From Thraustochytrium aureum (Eukaryota): 64,000 bases of DNA. The stretch is from positions 2,443 through 66,442 of the forward strand of contig BLSG01000394.1 of the NCBI GenBank assembly GCA_012862495.1, in the 5' to 3' direction. Positions 34,827-48,500 of this stretch are shown piece after piece. Both the position numbers and the translations under genes were made by a program. Position 1 is the first letter of the stretch. Every line of letters begins with the position of its first letter. The notes beneath the pieces are model-generated. The model was given only the letters and a program-made list of their open reading frames with translations. It did no database searches and was not told the DNA's origin.

Positions 34827-37586
34827 GCGGCGCTGGCGGACGATGGCGATGACCCTCGGAGGGAACTGAGGCTCGAGCTCCAAAAAAGGCGGCCGAGCGT
34901 GTTTCGAGTGCGCAAGATCTGCAAGCGGGGACTTGGCTGTCGGATCCCGGGCGACCTTCGCGCAGAGGTTTGGCAGCTGCTCCTTGGAGTAGAGTCCAAG
35001 GACAGGTTTATGCTGGACGACTCGATCCGAGAGACCACGCAAGACCTCGAAAACCAACGTGTAATCCGCGTAGATGCACAGCGCACGCGGGCAGACGTGG
35101 CAGACTTTCGCACGCCTGAGATGGAACTGCTCGTCTGCAGACTCCTGACGTTCTACTGCAAGCGTAAAGCCATTAGGTACAAGCAGGGCCTGAACGAGGT
35201 GCTGGCCCCCTTCATCATGCTGCGGCGGGCCCCGCCTTTGCCGGACGGGACCACGTTCAACCTTTTCTATGCGTTTATCGACAAGTTTCTGCCGCACATG
35301 TACGTGCACGAAGACTTCCACGCGCTGCAGTGCACCTTCCGGCTGTTCCGGCTCCTCTTGCTCTACCATGATCCAGAACTGTGCAACCGGCTCGACACCC
35401 ACAGCCTCCCGCCAGAGCTCTATGCGACGCCATGGTTCCTCACCATGTTCGCGCGCAACGTCCCGCTTGACGTGCTGTTCAGGCTGTGGGACTCTTACCT
35501 ACTCGAGGAGGACCGCAGCGGCGCGCTCCTGAACATGTTTGTCGCTTTGGCCCTCATGCTCGCCAACCGCGACGGCCTTTTAGAAACGCACCCAAGCGAC
35601 CTGCCCATTTTCGTGACCGGCGTCCTTGGGCCCAGCCCCGCGCAGCCCGGAGGCTCCTCGGCGGACCTTCCCATGGGCTCGCACAAGCTCGCCTCGCTCG
35701 TGGATCGCCTCGATGACGTCGTCGCACACGCTCGCAAGTTGCTCTTAGCGACGCCCACCGCCCTGCACGAGTCGTTCGCCCGAGCCGTACTGGTCTCGCA
35801 GTGCCCTTCGTTCGAGGTTGTCAGCGCGCTTGAAGCACAAGCCTGCCTCGGCATTTCCGCGGCGCAGCTCGTTCACCTCATCACAAACAAGTCGCGCACG
35901 CGAGGGGAAGATATGGTCATGCGAATCGTGGACTGCCGGCCACGCCCCGACTTTGAGGACGAGCATCTCGTGGGCTCCCTGCACCTCGATCCGGACCTGC
36001 TCGAGCTTCCCGAGCACCTCGAGTTGGCCATGGCAGAGCTCAAGCGGCGCTGCGATAGCTCAAACGCCCTTACCATCCATCTCGCAGTCCTTGGCGGCTC
36101 GCCTCGGTCTGCGGCGGCCGCCGACCAGCAGGCAACAATGTTTGTCCTGCACGCAATTCAGAAAGGGTTTTTGCCGCGTCTCGCAAGTGGAGGGCGGCTG
36201 GGATGCCGTCAAGCTCGCTGCCGCGGAGGAGCCCGTCTTCGAGCACGGTATGTCAATCGACCAACTCGTCGACGCACCGCTCGCGAAGCCACGGGCAAAT
36301 ACCCTCGAAGTTTTGCGGTGCGATGCGGCCGGAGCCGCGCAACGCGCCGAGTTCGGCGTCGGACGCACGGGGCCCGACGGCGACGCGGCCCCGCCCGACA
36401 AGGTCTCCCCAACATGGGTGCAGCGCCTGGGTAAGAGCTTTGTTGGCGACAAGACGAGCGGCTTTGGCGGCCTCTTTTCAACATCGCCACCAAAGGACGA
36501 CGCCGACCGCCCATGTGCGCAACAACGCGGCAGATCGCCGAGCCAACCGAGCGTCCACGCAGCCGCGTCTGCTCTTTTCCGCTCCAGGTTCTCCAAGCCA
36601 ACGTCCGCGAGAACTTCTGGCGCCGAGTTGGACGAGACCTCGGCGCTGCGCGAAGGCTCTTCGCTCTCCGCGCCGCCCGCCTTTGAGCGGGGCCTCGCCA
36701 CGTCGTCGGCCCCATCGCTGTTTTCGGCTGCCAAGGTGGCCGAGCCCAAGCGGCGGGCAAGTGACTCGGCCCCTGTAACGCAGGAGCCGTCGCTCGTGTC
36801 GCGGATGTTTAGCAAGGTAAAGGACCTGACGGCGGTCGGCAAAGGAAGCGCTGCGCCCAGTTCCGAGCGGCTCTTGGCCTCAGACCCTCTGCAGGCTCAG
36901 GCTGACCAGCTTGGCGACCCAGAAGCCTGGATTGACGTTCGGACGTGGGAGCTGCCACCAAGCCGCTCGGGACGGGACGACATACAACTGTTCAAGGCTT
37001 CAACCGAGCTCGAAGGCGGGGTCGCGCCGCAGCAAACTAAGGCCCTCCTGGCCATCTCCCCTGGTTACGTTTTGCACCTCGAGGTTCACCCAGACCGAGC
37101 NNNNNNNNNNNNNNNNNNNNNNNNNNNNNNNNNNNNNNNNNNNNNNNNNNNNNNNNNNNNNNNNNNNNNNNNNNNNNNNNNNNNNNNNNNNNNNNNNNNN
37201 NNNNNNNNNNNNNNNNNNNNNNNNNNNNNNNNNNNNNNNNNNNAAAGAGCAAGTTTCACATCGGTGATCTACTGCGAGTAAGTTGAGCTAGCTCATCCTT
37301 TGGGTGCGGCGGCTTGCGGTTTTCGCGGAAAGCGCGGAGCCTGCGATGCACACGTTCCCTGACGCTGCGCACGCTTCGCACTGCGCAGATAACGTCCAAG
37401 AAGAGCAGGCCTGGCCTCGTCATCTTTCACTTCAAGCCCTCGCAGATTGACGGCCCTGAACCCGCTTCTCGGCATCCGGGAGAGGTTACCTTGGCCTCGT
37501 TTGTGGTGACAGAGTCCCGGTCGTGCATTGATCTCGTGAAGCGCCACTTTGCTGCTCATCTGCAGAGCCGCAAGGCGGTCACATGA
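34827..37586 (+). CDS. TBC1D23: TBC domain + rhodanese-like + C-terminal PH-like protein (TBC1D23-like); frameshift near 36170; intron 37278-37388
   Basis: TBC motifs LRAEVWQLLLG, IRVDAQRTR, YKQGLNEVLAPF and LLLYHDPELC; rhodanese IVDCRP...HLVGSLHLD and KGFCRVSQVEGGW. Splicing GTAAGT..CGCAG gives FHIGDLLRITSKKSRPGLVIFHFK, similar to the TBC1D23 C-terminal ITSKK motif. Confidence 0.85.
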
Positions 37587-38049
37587 AGCGACGCAACAGC
37601 GCCTCTGCTCCCGAGCAGCAGCCGACAGAGTGCCGGCGACGCGTGCGCAGTTTATTTCTCGGTGTAGCTTGCTGCCTGGTCTAAAGTCTGGCCTATATTC
37701 GCCTGCCCAGAGTCACGTTCTTGCGCATACAGCGCGCGAAACGAGCGGTCCGTGCGGTGGTGCGGGCCTACGGGCTCGCGACCGCGGTCGCAGGACTTAG
37801 GAGCCCTTGCTTTTCCAACGCGAGCAGGCCGTCTTCGGCGTAGAGCCGACGCAGTTCCTTCTTGACCTCCTCGCGCATCGAAACCTCCTGGGACCACGCC
37901 TTGCCCGGGCGCTGCTCGCGATGGGGGGCTCGGCATGGGCTTCGACTTGCCCTCGAGGAGAAGTCCCCATCTGTTGCTCCAGACGACCCGGCCCAACGTC
38001 AGGTCTGGCCGTTCGCAGCGATGCTAAAGCCTTGCGGTGAAAACTTACC

Positions 38050-39660
38050 TCATGTTCGCAGCAGGCCTTGCGGATACCACGGCCTTTGCGCCCGCGCGCT
38101 CCGTCTGGGTGCACGATCGATCTTCCCCGGGGGACGGCAACTGGGCGTGCTGAGGCGGAGCGGGCACGCGTTGGGGGCCGAGGCGTTCTTTGCGTATCCT
38201 TGGCAAGAAAACAGATTTTGGCGTGGGGACGCTGCGCCGGCAGGCACCTCCAAGTTGCCTGCCGGTATCCACGGTTCAGCTTCCACCCGCGATAGGCGCT
38301 GCTGCTCCAAGTACAGCTTGATTTTGGCGCCAAGGCCGCGCACGGTCTTTCCAGCAGCTTTACGCTCGAGGGCCTCGACCAGCTCTCGCAGTTTGCACAG
38401 CTCCTCGGCGACAGCCTTTCGGGTAAGATCAAAGCACTGTGTTCGTGTCACGGCAACGAACGGCTCGGGCTCGGGTAGCATCTCTGGCACGTCTTGGCCC
38501 TGGGCCGTCGCTGGCAGGTCTTCGTCAGAGCCATTCGCTACGCAAGGCTCGATCGCTCGCGACAAAAAGCCGTCGCTGTCTGCGGCCTCGGCGGCCGCGG
38601 CCTGCCCTGGCACGCTTCCCGCGCTCGAGGCATTGAAACCCCATTCGCCAGGCTTTCTCTGGTCAGCAGCATCGCTCTCGCCGCACTGCGCCCTGAGAAC
38701 AGAGTCTGGCCTGACCGCGTTGCCCGCGATACCTGAGACGAACGGGTGTTTGTGCTTGGGATCCTCGCGCGGCACTTGAGCCGGGCTCAGTGATGGGCTC
38801 GAGCACTCAATTCGCGGTTCCGTCTGCTGCTGGCTGAAGAGCTGCGCGCCGCGCCGCTGCTTGATAGACTTGCGGAAGGTCTCGAAGGGGAAGAACTGGT
38901 CGCAAAATTTGCACACGCGAACGTTGTCGTAGAGGCGCGAGTACCGGAACTTGGGAGCGGATGAACGTCCTGGGATGCGTTCTACTGCGGGTGCTTGGCT
39001 TCGACAGCGATCTTGGACCCTCTTTGGCCTCGCCCCTCTTGTCTTCTTCGCTATGCGCTGGCTGTACGTTGCCAAAGCCGGTTGCGCTTCGGGCGCGGCT
39101 TGGGGTCTTTTGTTGGCGTGCACCCTGGCGAATATTCGACGAAGCTCGTTTATGCTGGACCGCAGCTGCTCGCTACCGAGGCTTTCGGATGGAAAGCTCT
39201 GCTCGCAGAGTGCGCACTGCAGCTTTCGCTCCTTGACCTCTATCACTTTCATTGGGCGTCGGCTTGGCTTTTCGAGCGGCTTCCAGCTAAAGTCCAAGAG
39301 CTCTATCAGCATTTGGGCCTTGGAAGATATCATGCGACGCTGTGCTGCCCGTCTCTTTGCGCCAGCAGCTTGGTTTCCTCTGCTGCGGGCCTGCTTGTCC
39401 CGGAGGTCGACGACGGTGTTGAGGAGTTGATCTTCGTCGGCAAAAATATCAACAGCTGTTCCCGAACGGCTTGCGCCGAAACCCGACGTTCGCTCGAGGC
39501 GCTGCGGGCGAGAAATAAAGTCCATGTGCACCTCGTTCCCTTTGCGGCCCTGCTTGACCTGCAGCCAGTGCGCATCGTTCTTCTTCACGCTCATGTACTT
39601 TTCGACCGCGCGGTCTTTGTTGAAAAACTCATACTGCGGCTCCTTTTCAGGGGAGATCAT
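38050..39660 (-). CDS. Hypothetical 536-aa protein with a split CxxC...CxxC putative zinc finger and C-terminal coiled coil
   Basis: Long ATG-initiated ORF containing LQCALCEQSF and LYDNVRVCKFCDQFF. Confidence 0.65.
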   Translation of the reverse strand: MISPEKEPQYEFFNKDRAVEKYMSVKKNDAHWLQVKQGRKGNEVHMDFISRPQRLERTSGFGASRSGTAVDIFADEDQLLNTVVDLRDKQARSRGNQAAGAKRRAAQRRMISSKAQMLIELLDFSWKPLEKPSRRPMKVIEVKERKLQCALCEQSFPSESLGSEQLRSSINELRRIFARVHANKRPQAAPEAQPALATYSQRIAKKTRGARPKRVQDRCRSQAPAVERIPGRSSAPKFRYSRLYDNVRVCKFCDQFFPFETFRKSIKQRRGAQLFSQQQTEPRIECSSPSLSPAQVPREDPKHKHPFVSGIAGNAVRPDSVLRAQCGESDAADQRKPGEWGFNASSAGSVPGQAAAAEAADSDGFLSRAIEPCVANGSDEDLPATAQGQDVPEMLPEPEPFVAVTRTQCFDLTRKAVAEELCKLRELVEALERKAAGKTVRGLGAKIKLYLEQQRLSRVEAEPWIPAGNLEVPAGAASPRQNLFSCQGYAKNASAPNACPLRLSTPSCRPPGKIDRAPRRSARAQRPWYPQGLLRT

Positions 39661-40508
39661 GGTTGCTTGAGCTCGAAGGGCAAGTCCCAGCCCCGATTCG
39701 GCGCCCTGCGCAAGGGCCTGGGCCTGGCCAACCCACTTCGTAGCCTTGTGCCCGCTGCAAGGGACGAAACCGCGGGTTAAAACCTCAACTTCGAACGAGT
39801 CGCTCGACCGCCGTCGGCAGCGTAAGTCTCGCCGCCCGGGCGCGGCGCGATCCTTCCGGGGCGTCTTCTTGGGTTGCCCCGCGCGCCTCCGCGTCTTGCT
39901 TCGGAGTCTGCCCGTGCTCCGGCCGGATGGATGATTGGATGTTTCGATGTTTGATGGAGTCGTCGATACGCGTACAGCAGAATGAATACTCTGCCACCAT
40001 AACGGATAAGAAAGAGAAGACAGAGAGCGGGCAGGAAATGGCTCCAGAGCTGCCTCAGCTGCCTCGGGGCGATCAGGGCGCCACGGGGTCCAGCCTATTC
40101 GACAGGCCCAAGTGCAGATGTGCTCTCGCAGACGGATCGCGAGTCAAAGGAAATANNNNNNNNNNNNNNNNNNNNNNNNNNNNNNNNNNNNNNNNNNNNN
40201 NNNNNNNNNNNNNNNNNNNNNNNNNNNNNNNNNNNNNNNNNNNNNNNNNNNNNNNNNNNNNNNNNNNNNNNNNNNNNNNNNNNNNNNNNNNNNNNNNNNN
40301 NNNNNNNNNNNNNNNNNNNNNNNNNNNNNNNNNNNNNNNNNNNNNNNNNNNNNNNNNNNGAGTCAAAGGAAATAGAAATACGTTGACATTGCGTTGAGCT
40401 TGCTGAGGCGCCGCTCGAGCAAAAAGCCTGACCCAGCACACCAAAGCCAGAGGCGGCGGGCTCGTCGTGTGCGAGCAGCCGCTCGCCCGGAATCACGGGC
40501 AGGCTCGA

Positions 40509-41607
40509 TTAAGCTGCTTTGGCGGCCTTGGCTGACGCGCCACCAAGCCAAAACGCCGGCTCCCAGAGGGCAGAGTAGTCGGGAACCTCAATCGCCTTGA
40601 ACTCGCTCAGCGTCCGCTTGCCCTCGGCATGCTGGCAGCGGCAGCAAAAGCACTTGCCAGTGTGCGTCGAGCCGAAGAGCTGGTCCCAGGTCTTGAAGAA
40701 AAACCCGGTGTGAAGCGGCTTGTTGTTGGTGCTGATCGCATGGTGGAGGTGGTGGTGGTAGCTGGTGTTGATCAGCGGCTGGTGCGGGGACAGATACGGC
40801 GTCTCGTAGCCAAGGTGGATGTACGTCCCATACAGGTAAAACAGCGTGGCCCATTGACCAAACATGAGGTCCACGTTGATCGGCGCAATCATCGGAAACA
40901 CCATGAGGGGAAGCCCGCGGAAGAACTGGTCAAACCAGTCGTCCGCCTGATCGCAATCCAAAGCAGCAAGGTTAGTTGCCGAAGGAAGCGCGGCGCCCTT
41001 TCGGCTGGTGCAAGGGCTCTCCCGGCGGCGGGCGTCCTCTGTGCGCTGTGGGCAGGGCTGAAAGAGAACTTACGATGACCGCCCAAGGGCTCGGGTTGAA
41101 ATACTTGTGGTGCGCGCGGTGCTGTTCCCAGAGGAACTGAAACTTGTGGCCGCACCAATGGTAGAAGAACTGCGCAACGGGGCGGCGTCATGTCATCAGG
41201 GTCAGCAGCTGGCCGCCGGGCAAACCAACAACAAAGCGGTGACCTACCTCGTAAAAGTCGCTGATGACCCAGATCGCGAAAAACTGCTTGATCGTGTACG
41301 CGAGGTCGTGCTCCTCGTCGATCCCACAGTACCCCTGCGAGTACCCGTGACGGGCGAGGTAGAGCGTGGCCGTCGGGCAGATTGTCACCATGATGACGCC
41401 CTTGAGCGACTTGATCATTTCATCCTGGACGGTCTCCACCGAGGGAAACTTGGGGTTGGTCTTCCAACGCCACAGCTCATACGACGGGTTGATGTACAGC
41501 TTGGAAAAGCTGTAGCCGCTGATCAAGACGACCGTGAGCCCACCAAGCACAATCAGCATGCCCCATGTCACAAAGAAGTTGGTCGCGTCGAGCACCTCGC
41601 AGATCAT
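40509..41607 (-). CDS. Fatty-acid-hydroxylase superfamily enzyme (sterol desaturase / ERG3-ERG25-like); introns 41170-41247 and 40947-41073
   Basis: The spliced product has His boxes YHWCGH, HRAHH, YIHLGYE and HHHLHH plus GFFFKTWDQLFG. Both introns are GT-AG and phase 0; the middle exon is exactly 96 nt. Confidence 0.9.
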
Positions 41608-42588
41608 CTTGCCGAATCCCCCGCTCCGATCGCCTCGTCCGCTGTCCCACGCGGCAGCACAAGCCAGCCAGCCAGCCCTCTGCGGCGGTTTCTGCCAGTC
41701 CTTGCCTCGAGCCGCTCGTTGCAGGTCTGCCAGGGCAGCGCTCGTCCCGGCCGATGATGTCGTGAACACAGGCCTGCTCGCGACCCCGGCCACTCCTCGC
41801 AGAGGGTCGAGCCTGTTCAGTGATCATTGCCGCTGATTGCTCTCCAAGTCTCTCGGCTCTGTCCCCACTCCTCTGGATCGGCCAACGCCACGGCAAGCTC
41901 AGCAGGCTCATGGGCCGCTCTGCATGATCATGATCGGTCAGCCCTCGTCTGCAACTTGAATGTGGTGTGGGAGTAGGTAGGCCTAGTAGAACGACAACGG
42001 AAGGCTGAAGCGCCTGCTCGGCACGCACGCACGCCCGCAGTGATCCGTCAGCCCGGAGGAGCGCGGTTGGCGATCGAAAGCCGCGCAGCAGAGGCCCGTG
42101 CGCTCTAGAGAGAGACCACTCGACTTGCACAGTTGAGCACTGCTCACTCAACCGGGTACTCTGCTCTGCCTGTGTGTCGAGTCACTCGGATTGTTGCAGG
42201 TAAGAGGCCGAGAGCGACCCGGAAGTTGCAGGCGCGGGCGGAAGGGCCACTGGAATTTGGTGGGACGCGAGCGCCGCGCGTCACATACGGGGCTGCGTGA
42301 CGTGGGTGGCGTGCGGTCGGTGGTGCGCGGGGACGGCGGGACGCCTAACGGTTGTGGGCCCGCGCACTGGGTGGGGTGCCAGGCGTGGCGGAGAACGGTA
42401 ATAGCGCAACGCGGAGCAGAACGCGGAGCAGCGGAGGGCAGTGAGCGCAGCGGGGCGTCTGGCTGACGATCTGGCCAGTTGACGGGCGACGGAGTGCGGA
42501 GCGCTGGGTCGACCAGGGCTGCGCGGAGGGAAGCTGCAACGCGGCGCACCGGAAAGCCAGGCGGCTGGCGGTGCGCCGTGAACCTGCA

Positions 42589-45500
42589 ATGGCTGCTAGT
42601 AGGCGATTCGCCGACTGGGTGAGATTTCTTGCTGTACTTGTGTGCCTACTGGGGCTGCAAGGTGGTGCGCAGACGCTGTCGCCAAGTTTCTCCCCAACGC
42701 TTTCCCCAAGTGCTTCGCCAAGTGCTTCGCCGAGTGCTTCGCCGAGCGCTTCGCCGAGTGCTTCGCCCAGTGCTTCGCCGAGCGCTTCGCCGAGCGCCTC
42801 TCCAAGTGCCTCTCCAAGTGCTTCGCCGAGCGCTTCGCCGAGCGCCTCTCCAAGTTTCTCCCCAAGCGCTTCCCCAAGCGCTTCGCCGAGCGCTGCTCCG
42901 AGCGCCGCTCCGAGCGCCGCTCCAAGCGCTGCGCCGAGCGCCGCGCCCACCAGTGAACCGACAAACGCCCCCTCGGTAAGCCCAACGAGTACACCAAGCA
43001 CGACGCCGACGACTGGACCTACATCATCCCCTACGACCACCCCTTCTGCATCCCCGACGTCTTCGCCGACATTGGCACCAACGCCAACCCCCCGAGCATT
43101 CGCACTCTCGACCAGCGAGCTCTCTGTCTTAGAAGGCGGGAATGCAGTGCGATACCGAATCTCCCTTGACTACGACCAGCTCGGCCCGCAAGACGAACTG
43201 TGTACTTCCATCGAGGTGCTAGGGCTTGACGCGTCAGCAAGAGGGGTTGTCGTCTCGCCCAATCAAACGTGCTTTTCTTGGAATGGCCACACACGCGAGA
43301 TTGAAGTGAGCGTCAAGCGCGATCTTATCGACCTCGTTGGCAACGAGGCCTTTCAACTCAACCACACTGGCGTCGACAGCAGAGCGGTGGTAAACGTCAC
43401 AATTTTTGACGTGGACAGCGCCGCGGTGGTTCTCTCGAGAGTAAAGGCTCAAGTCGTCGCGCATGGCGCGAATGACACCTATTCAGTTCACCTCGCAACG
43501 ATCCCACAGAGCACGGTCACGGTCACCATCGTGATCCTGCCGCAACTGGGCTCGTGACGGCCACCCCAAGCACCCTTGAGTTCACCGCCTCTGATTGGTC
43601 TACGCCGCAACAAGTGACATTAAATGCCACGGGTGGGCTCGATGGCGACGTCTCGTTCCTGCTCGTGCAGCTTGCGCACACTGCCTCTAGCCCCGACATG
43701 CCGTACGAGGGCGCCCCGTTTCAGCCCTCAAGCACGTTGGAACGTCGAGGTTACAGCCCCGGGCCGGCCCGCGTCATCCTTTCGAGCGCGGTGCTCAACG
43801 TCATTGAAGGCATGGAGGGGCTCTCCAAGCTCAAGGTGCGCCTCGAGTCGGCCGTTGAGCCTGGCAAGCAGGTCGTGATAGAATTCGCCAACGGGCAGAG
43901 CGCGTCTGGCCTTCAGCTCGACCTTGCCCCATCCCGCCTCACCTTCACCGACGCCGACTGGGGCCTGGAGCAGACCGTTGTTGCGCACTACCCGAGGGAT
44001 CATATCTTCTATCAGGCCGTGATACCGCTTCAACTCGTAGCCAGCTTTTCGAGCGTCGATACCACGGACTCTGCATACGCCGCTGAAGGCGTTTTCTGGC
44101 CCTCCAACGAGATCGACGTCGACTTGCACGACTCGGACCAGCCACAAGTGCTGCTCTCTGCTCAGAGCGGCTACGTGACCGAGGGCGGTGGCGGCACCTC
44201 GTACAGCCTGACGCTCTCTGGGATCCCGACAGAAGACGTCACCGTCTTCATCAGCAACCCAAACCCCGCGCTTCTCTCGATAGCTCCCTCGGAGATCACG
44301 ATTCCTGCGATCGCCTGGAATGCCACCTACACAGTTTCCGTCTCCGCCGTGGTGAGCGATACCGACGACACCGACTTCCTCAACGGAGTCGTCGTCCTGT
44401 CTCACAGCGCGACGAGCTTNNNNNNNNNNNNNNNNNNNNNNNNNNNNNNNNNNNNNNNNNNNNNNNNNNNNNNNNNNNNNNNNNNNNNNNNNNNNNNNNN
44501 NNNNNNNNNNNNNNNNNNNNNNNNNNNNNNNNNNNNNNCAACGAATCTCTTTATCGTCCGTCGCATTGTGTATCCTGGGAACCCGCCATGCGCTCCGGGC
44601 ACCTTTGGCGCTGAATGCGGCCCGTGCCCGGCAGGGTCCATGTGCCCCACGGGCGCCGGGGAGCCGCTGCCATGCCCACTAGGACAGTTTTCCCTGATCG
44701 GGGCGCTCAACTGCACGCTGTGCCCAGCTGGCTTCGAGTGCGCCTCGGCAAGTAGCGAGGCCAAGGAGGCCTGCCAATTGGGTACCTACTCAGTTCAAGG
44801 ATCGCCGACCTGCACCATATGCCCGATCGGCAAGGCCTGCCCCAATACGGAGGTCGACCTTGAGATCGATTGCCTGCCCGGCTCGTATTCGCTTGGTGGA
44901 CAGGCGGCCTGCACGCCCTGCCCAGCAGGCTCGCGCTGCCCAGACGTTTATGGCGGCTCGATCTCCGTTTGCCCCCCAGGCACTTTCTCAGAAACTGGCA
45001 GTGCAGAGTGCCAAGACTGCCCAGCTGGGTTTGCGTGCCTCTCAAACGCAAGGGCGCCTGACGCGACGGACCAGTGCCTGCCGGGCACATTCACGTCCCG
45101 CGCAGGTCGGGCAGTAGCTTGCAAGCCTTGTCCAGCAGGTAGCGCTTGCCCGTTTACGGATGCTGAAGAAGTCCTCCCGTGCAACTCTGGCGAGTACGCC
45201 ATTGGCGGCAACGTGACGTGCTCGTTTTGCCCGGCAGGTTGGCGCTGCACTCCCGACTTGGGCCCGATTGAGATCTGCGCTCGAGGCTACTTTTCCCGGG
45301 CGGGTGAAGCTGTCTGCAGAGCCTGTCCGGCTGGATATGCATGCGAATCGCCAGACTTGGAGCCAGTATCCTGCGCGCCGGGAACCTTTTCTGAAAACGT
45401 CCCCGCAACTTCCTGCACGCCATGCACGGCGGGATACGCTTGCCCAAAGAACGGCACGGTGACTCCTCAAATATGTCCTCAAGCGCACTTTAGCGTGGAA

Positions 45501-48500
45501 GGCTCTCTCGTGTGCTCGGTATGCGAGCCCGGCTACTGGTGCAGCGAAGGATCCACGACGGGGACGCCAGAAATCGACGCTTGCCTTGCAGGCGGGTTCT
45601 GCACGCCTCCAAGCACACCGTTCGAGTATTGCCCTGCTGGGACGTATGGACCTCTAAATAAGGGGCGCTCGCAGGCTGACGCATGCTTGATCTGCCCAGC
45701 AGGTTTCTATTGCCAAGAGGGTACAGTAGCGCCGGTGACCTGCCCGAGCGGCCACTATTGCCCAATCGGGACCCCGTCGCCCACTGAGTTTCCTTGCCCC
45801 GGGGGCACCTTCAATCCCCATGCTGGGCAGAGCTCCATCGCTGCGTGCAACACTACCCTGATCGGGCACTACTCTGGTCCGGGATCAAACTGGTACTACC
45901 CATGCCCATCGGGATACTTTTGCCCGCATGGGACGAACGACTACCGAATGACCCCATGCCCGCTTGGCTCCTACTCAGGCGCGCGGACTGGGCTGGAGGC
46001 CAGCTCGGACTGTCTGGTCTGCCCGGCTGGCGCATACTGCCCGATAGCTTCGGTGAACCCTGTGCTCTGCGAAGAGGGGACGTACAACTCGCTCGAGAAT
46101 TCTGGCATCCGGAGCAGCTGCAAGCCGTGCGAACCAGGTTGGGCCTGCACGCAGAAAGGGATGATCAGCCCTTTCGTGACAAGATGCGAGCCGGGTCACT
46201 ATTGCCCGACAGGCACTTCCAATCCGTTCGCTCAGCCGTGCCCAGCAGGCACCTACACTGATTCGAACAGCACGATTCGACAGCAAGACTGCCTTGCGTG
46301 CCCGTCGCGCCAAGCATGCCCAGTCGGAACTGGCGGTGACAATGGCCAGCCTGTTCCGTGCGCACCCGGGCATTACTGTCCGCTTGGGACGCAGTACGCC
46401 TCGCAGTACCCTTGTCCCGAAGGCACCTACACGGAATCCACCAATCTCGAGTCAGCCAGCGAGTGCACAATCTGCCCAGGGGGTCGCTACTGCGAAGGCG
46501 GCCTCGACTACATCGGGGGCACGAGTGACACCCTCGGCGTTTGTGCAACCGGTCACTACTGCCCACCCAAGACAGCGCAACCCAGCGACTTCCCGTGCCC
46601 GGCTGGAACGTACACTAGGCTCACCAACCTCAGCGACGTCGACCAGTGCTCGCCTTGCGAGTTGGGCCACTACTGTTTGGTCGCGTTCTCAGAGCCGCTT
46701 CCCTGTCCTCCAGGGTCCTACGCTGATGAGCTCGGTATGGCTCTAGCCATCTGCAAGGCTTGCCCTGCAGGGTTCGAGTGCCCAAGCCCGACGATCAACC
46801 CAATTCCATGCCAGCCTGGCTGGCAGTCCGGACCGTCGCAAGGCGCGTGCGAGGAGTGCCGGGCTGGCTTTTACTGCCACAACCTGGCTACAACGGCAAA
46901 CGCGATGCTCAGCCAACCGTGCACAGCGGGCCTATACTGTCCGGCGGGGGTGGCGGTGGAACCAAGCTTTGCGCAGCACTCGTGCCCGAGGGCTTTTTAC
47001 TGTCCGGAAGGAATCCCTTCCCCAATCGAGTGCCCAATTGGGACGTTCAATGCCCTCGAGGGCCGTGGGTCGCTGTCAGACTGTACCGACTGCACTGAAG
47101 GTCATTACTGTATCGCGCGGAGCTACCAAGTCACAGGGGTCTGCTCCGCTGGTCACTACTGCCCGCCTCGCAGTTCTGGGCCGACCGAGTTCCCATGCCC
47201 GCCAAAGACGTACAGAAACGTCACTGGTGGTATTGCAGTTCAGTCATGCGCTGCGTGCCCATCAGGGAGCTATTGCCCCGCAGCCACTGTCGACCCGCTT
47301 GAATGCCCCAAGGGCGAATACTGCAACATGGCCGTGGACAACCCGGAGCCCTGCCCCTTGGGCCGGTTCGGTAACTCGACGGGACTTCGCCGGGCCGAGG
47401 AGTGTACGCCTTGCCCTGCAGGTTGGTATTGCGATGGACTGGGTCTGCCCTACCCGAGTGGTCTCTGCGACGAAGGATACTTCTGCTTGACTGGCTCGTA
47501 CGAGTCAGCCCCCGGGGGAGCCGGCTCAGGCTGGATGCACCCAGTCAGAGACGAGTTTGAAGCAGCACTCTTGTTCGACGACATTGGCGGGATCTGCCCC
47601 GGGGGGAGTTATTGCCCAATGGGATCTGCCTTCCCAACGGCCTGCCCTCCGGGCACATTTAACAACATAACCGGCGCGGGTAGCGAGGACGCCTGTGTTG
47701 ACTGCCTCCCCGGGACGTATTGCAGCGGGTACGGGAACGCGTTTCCAACCGGCCCTTGCGCGGCAGGCTACTTTTGCAGCGGCGGTGCCGAGTCGCCGAT
47801 CGACACGATTGCGCCCCCCGGCTACTATGCGAAGGAGGGAGCAGTGGCACCCACGCCCTGCGAGCATGGCACATTCAACGCGGAGTGGGCGAAGGGGTCT
47901 TGCGACGAGTGCATTGCTGGGTTTTTCTGCGGGAGCTCTGCTGTGGTGGAACCGCAAGTTTGCCCACCCGGGACTTACTGCGGTCCCGGCTCAGTCACGC
48001 CAGCCAAGTGTCCAGCTGGCACGTACAGCCCAAGCGAGCAGCTTGTCAGCCTCGACCAGTGCATGTCGTGCACGCCAGGGAGCTATTGCGACTCCAACGG
48101 GCTCTCGGCACCGAGCGGGCTGTGCGAGGCTGGCCACTTTTGTCTCGGCGGCTCGAGTGTTCGCGTTCCCGTCAACAGCGCAGTTGGCGACAAGTGTTGG
48201 GAGGGACACTACTGCGTTGCCGGGGCCACGAGCCCCGAACCTTGTCCAAGGGGCACATACAATCCCAGCGCAGGCTCACGGAGCGTTGACGACTGCATTC
48301 CATGCGATGACGGCATGTTTTGCGCTGACCGCGGTCTCGCCGCGCCAACCGGCCAGTGCAGCCCAGGGCACTATTGCAACGCCTCCGCAATTGCAGAGAC
48401 GCCATGCCGGCCAGGAACGTTCAGCAACGCGGTTGGGGCCGTCGGCCAGGAGTCGTGCATGCTCTGCACCCCCGGGTACTATTGTGCTGGATTTGGGAAC

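Noticed and set aside
7653..41607. Lipid/sterol biosynthetic gene cluster (acyl-CoA synthetase, sterol glucosyltransferase, desaturase)
   Set aside because: The genes are about 14 kb apart with unrelated housekeeping genes between them; nothing indicates a co-regulated cluster.
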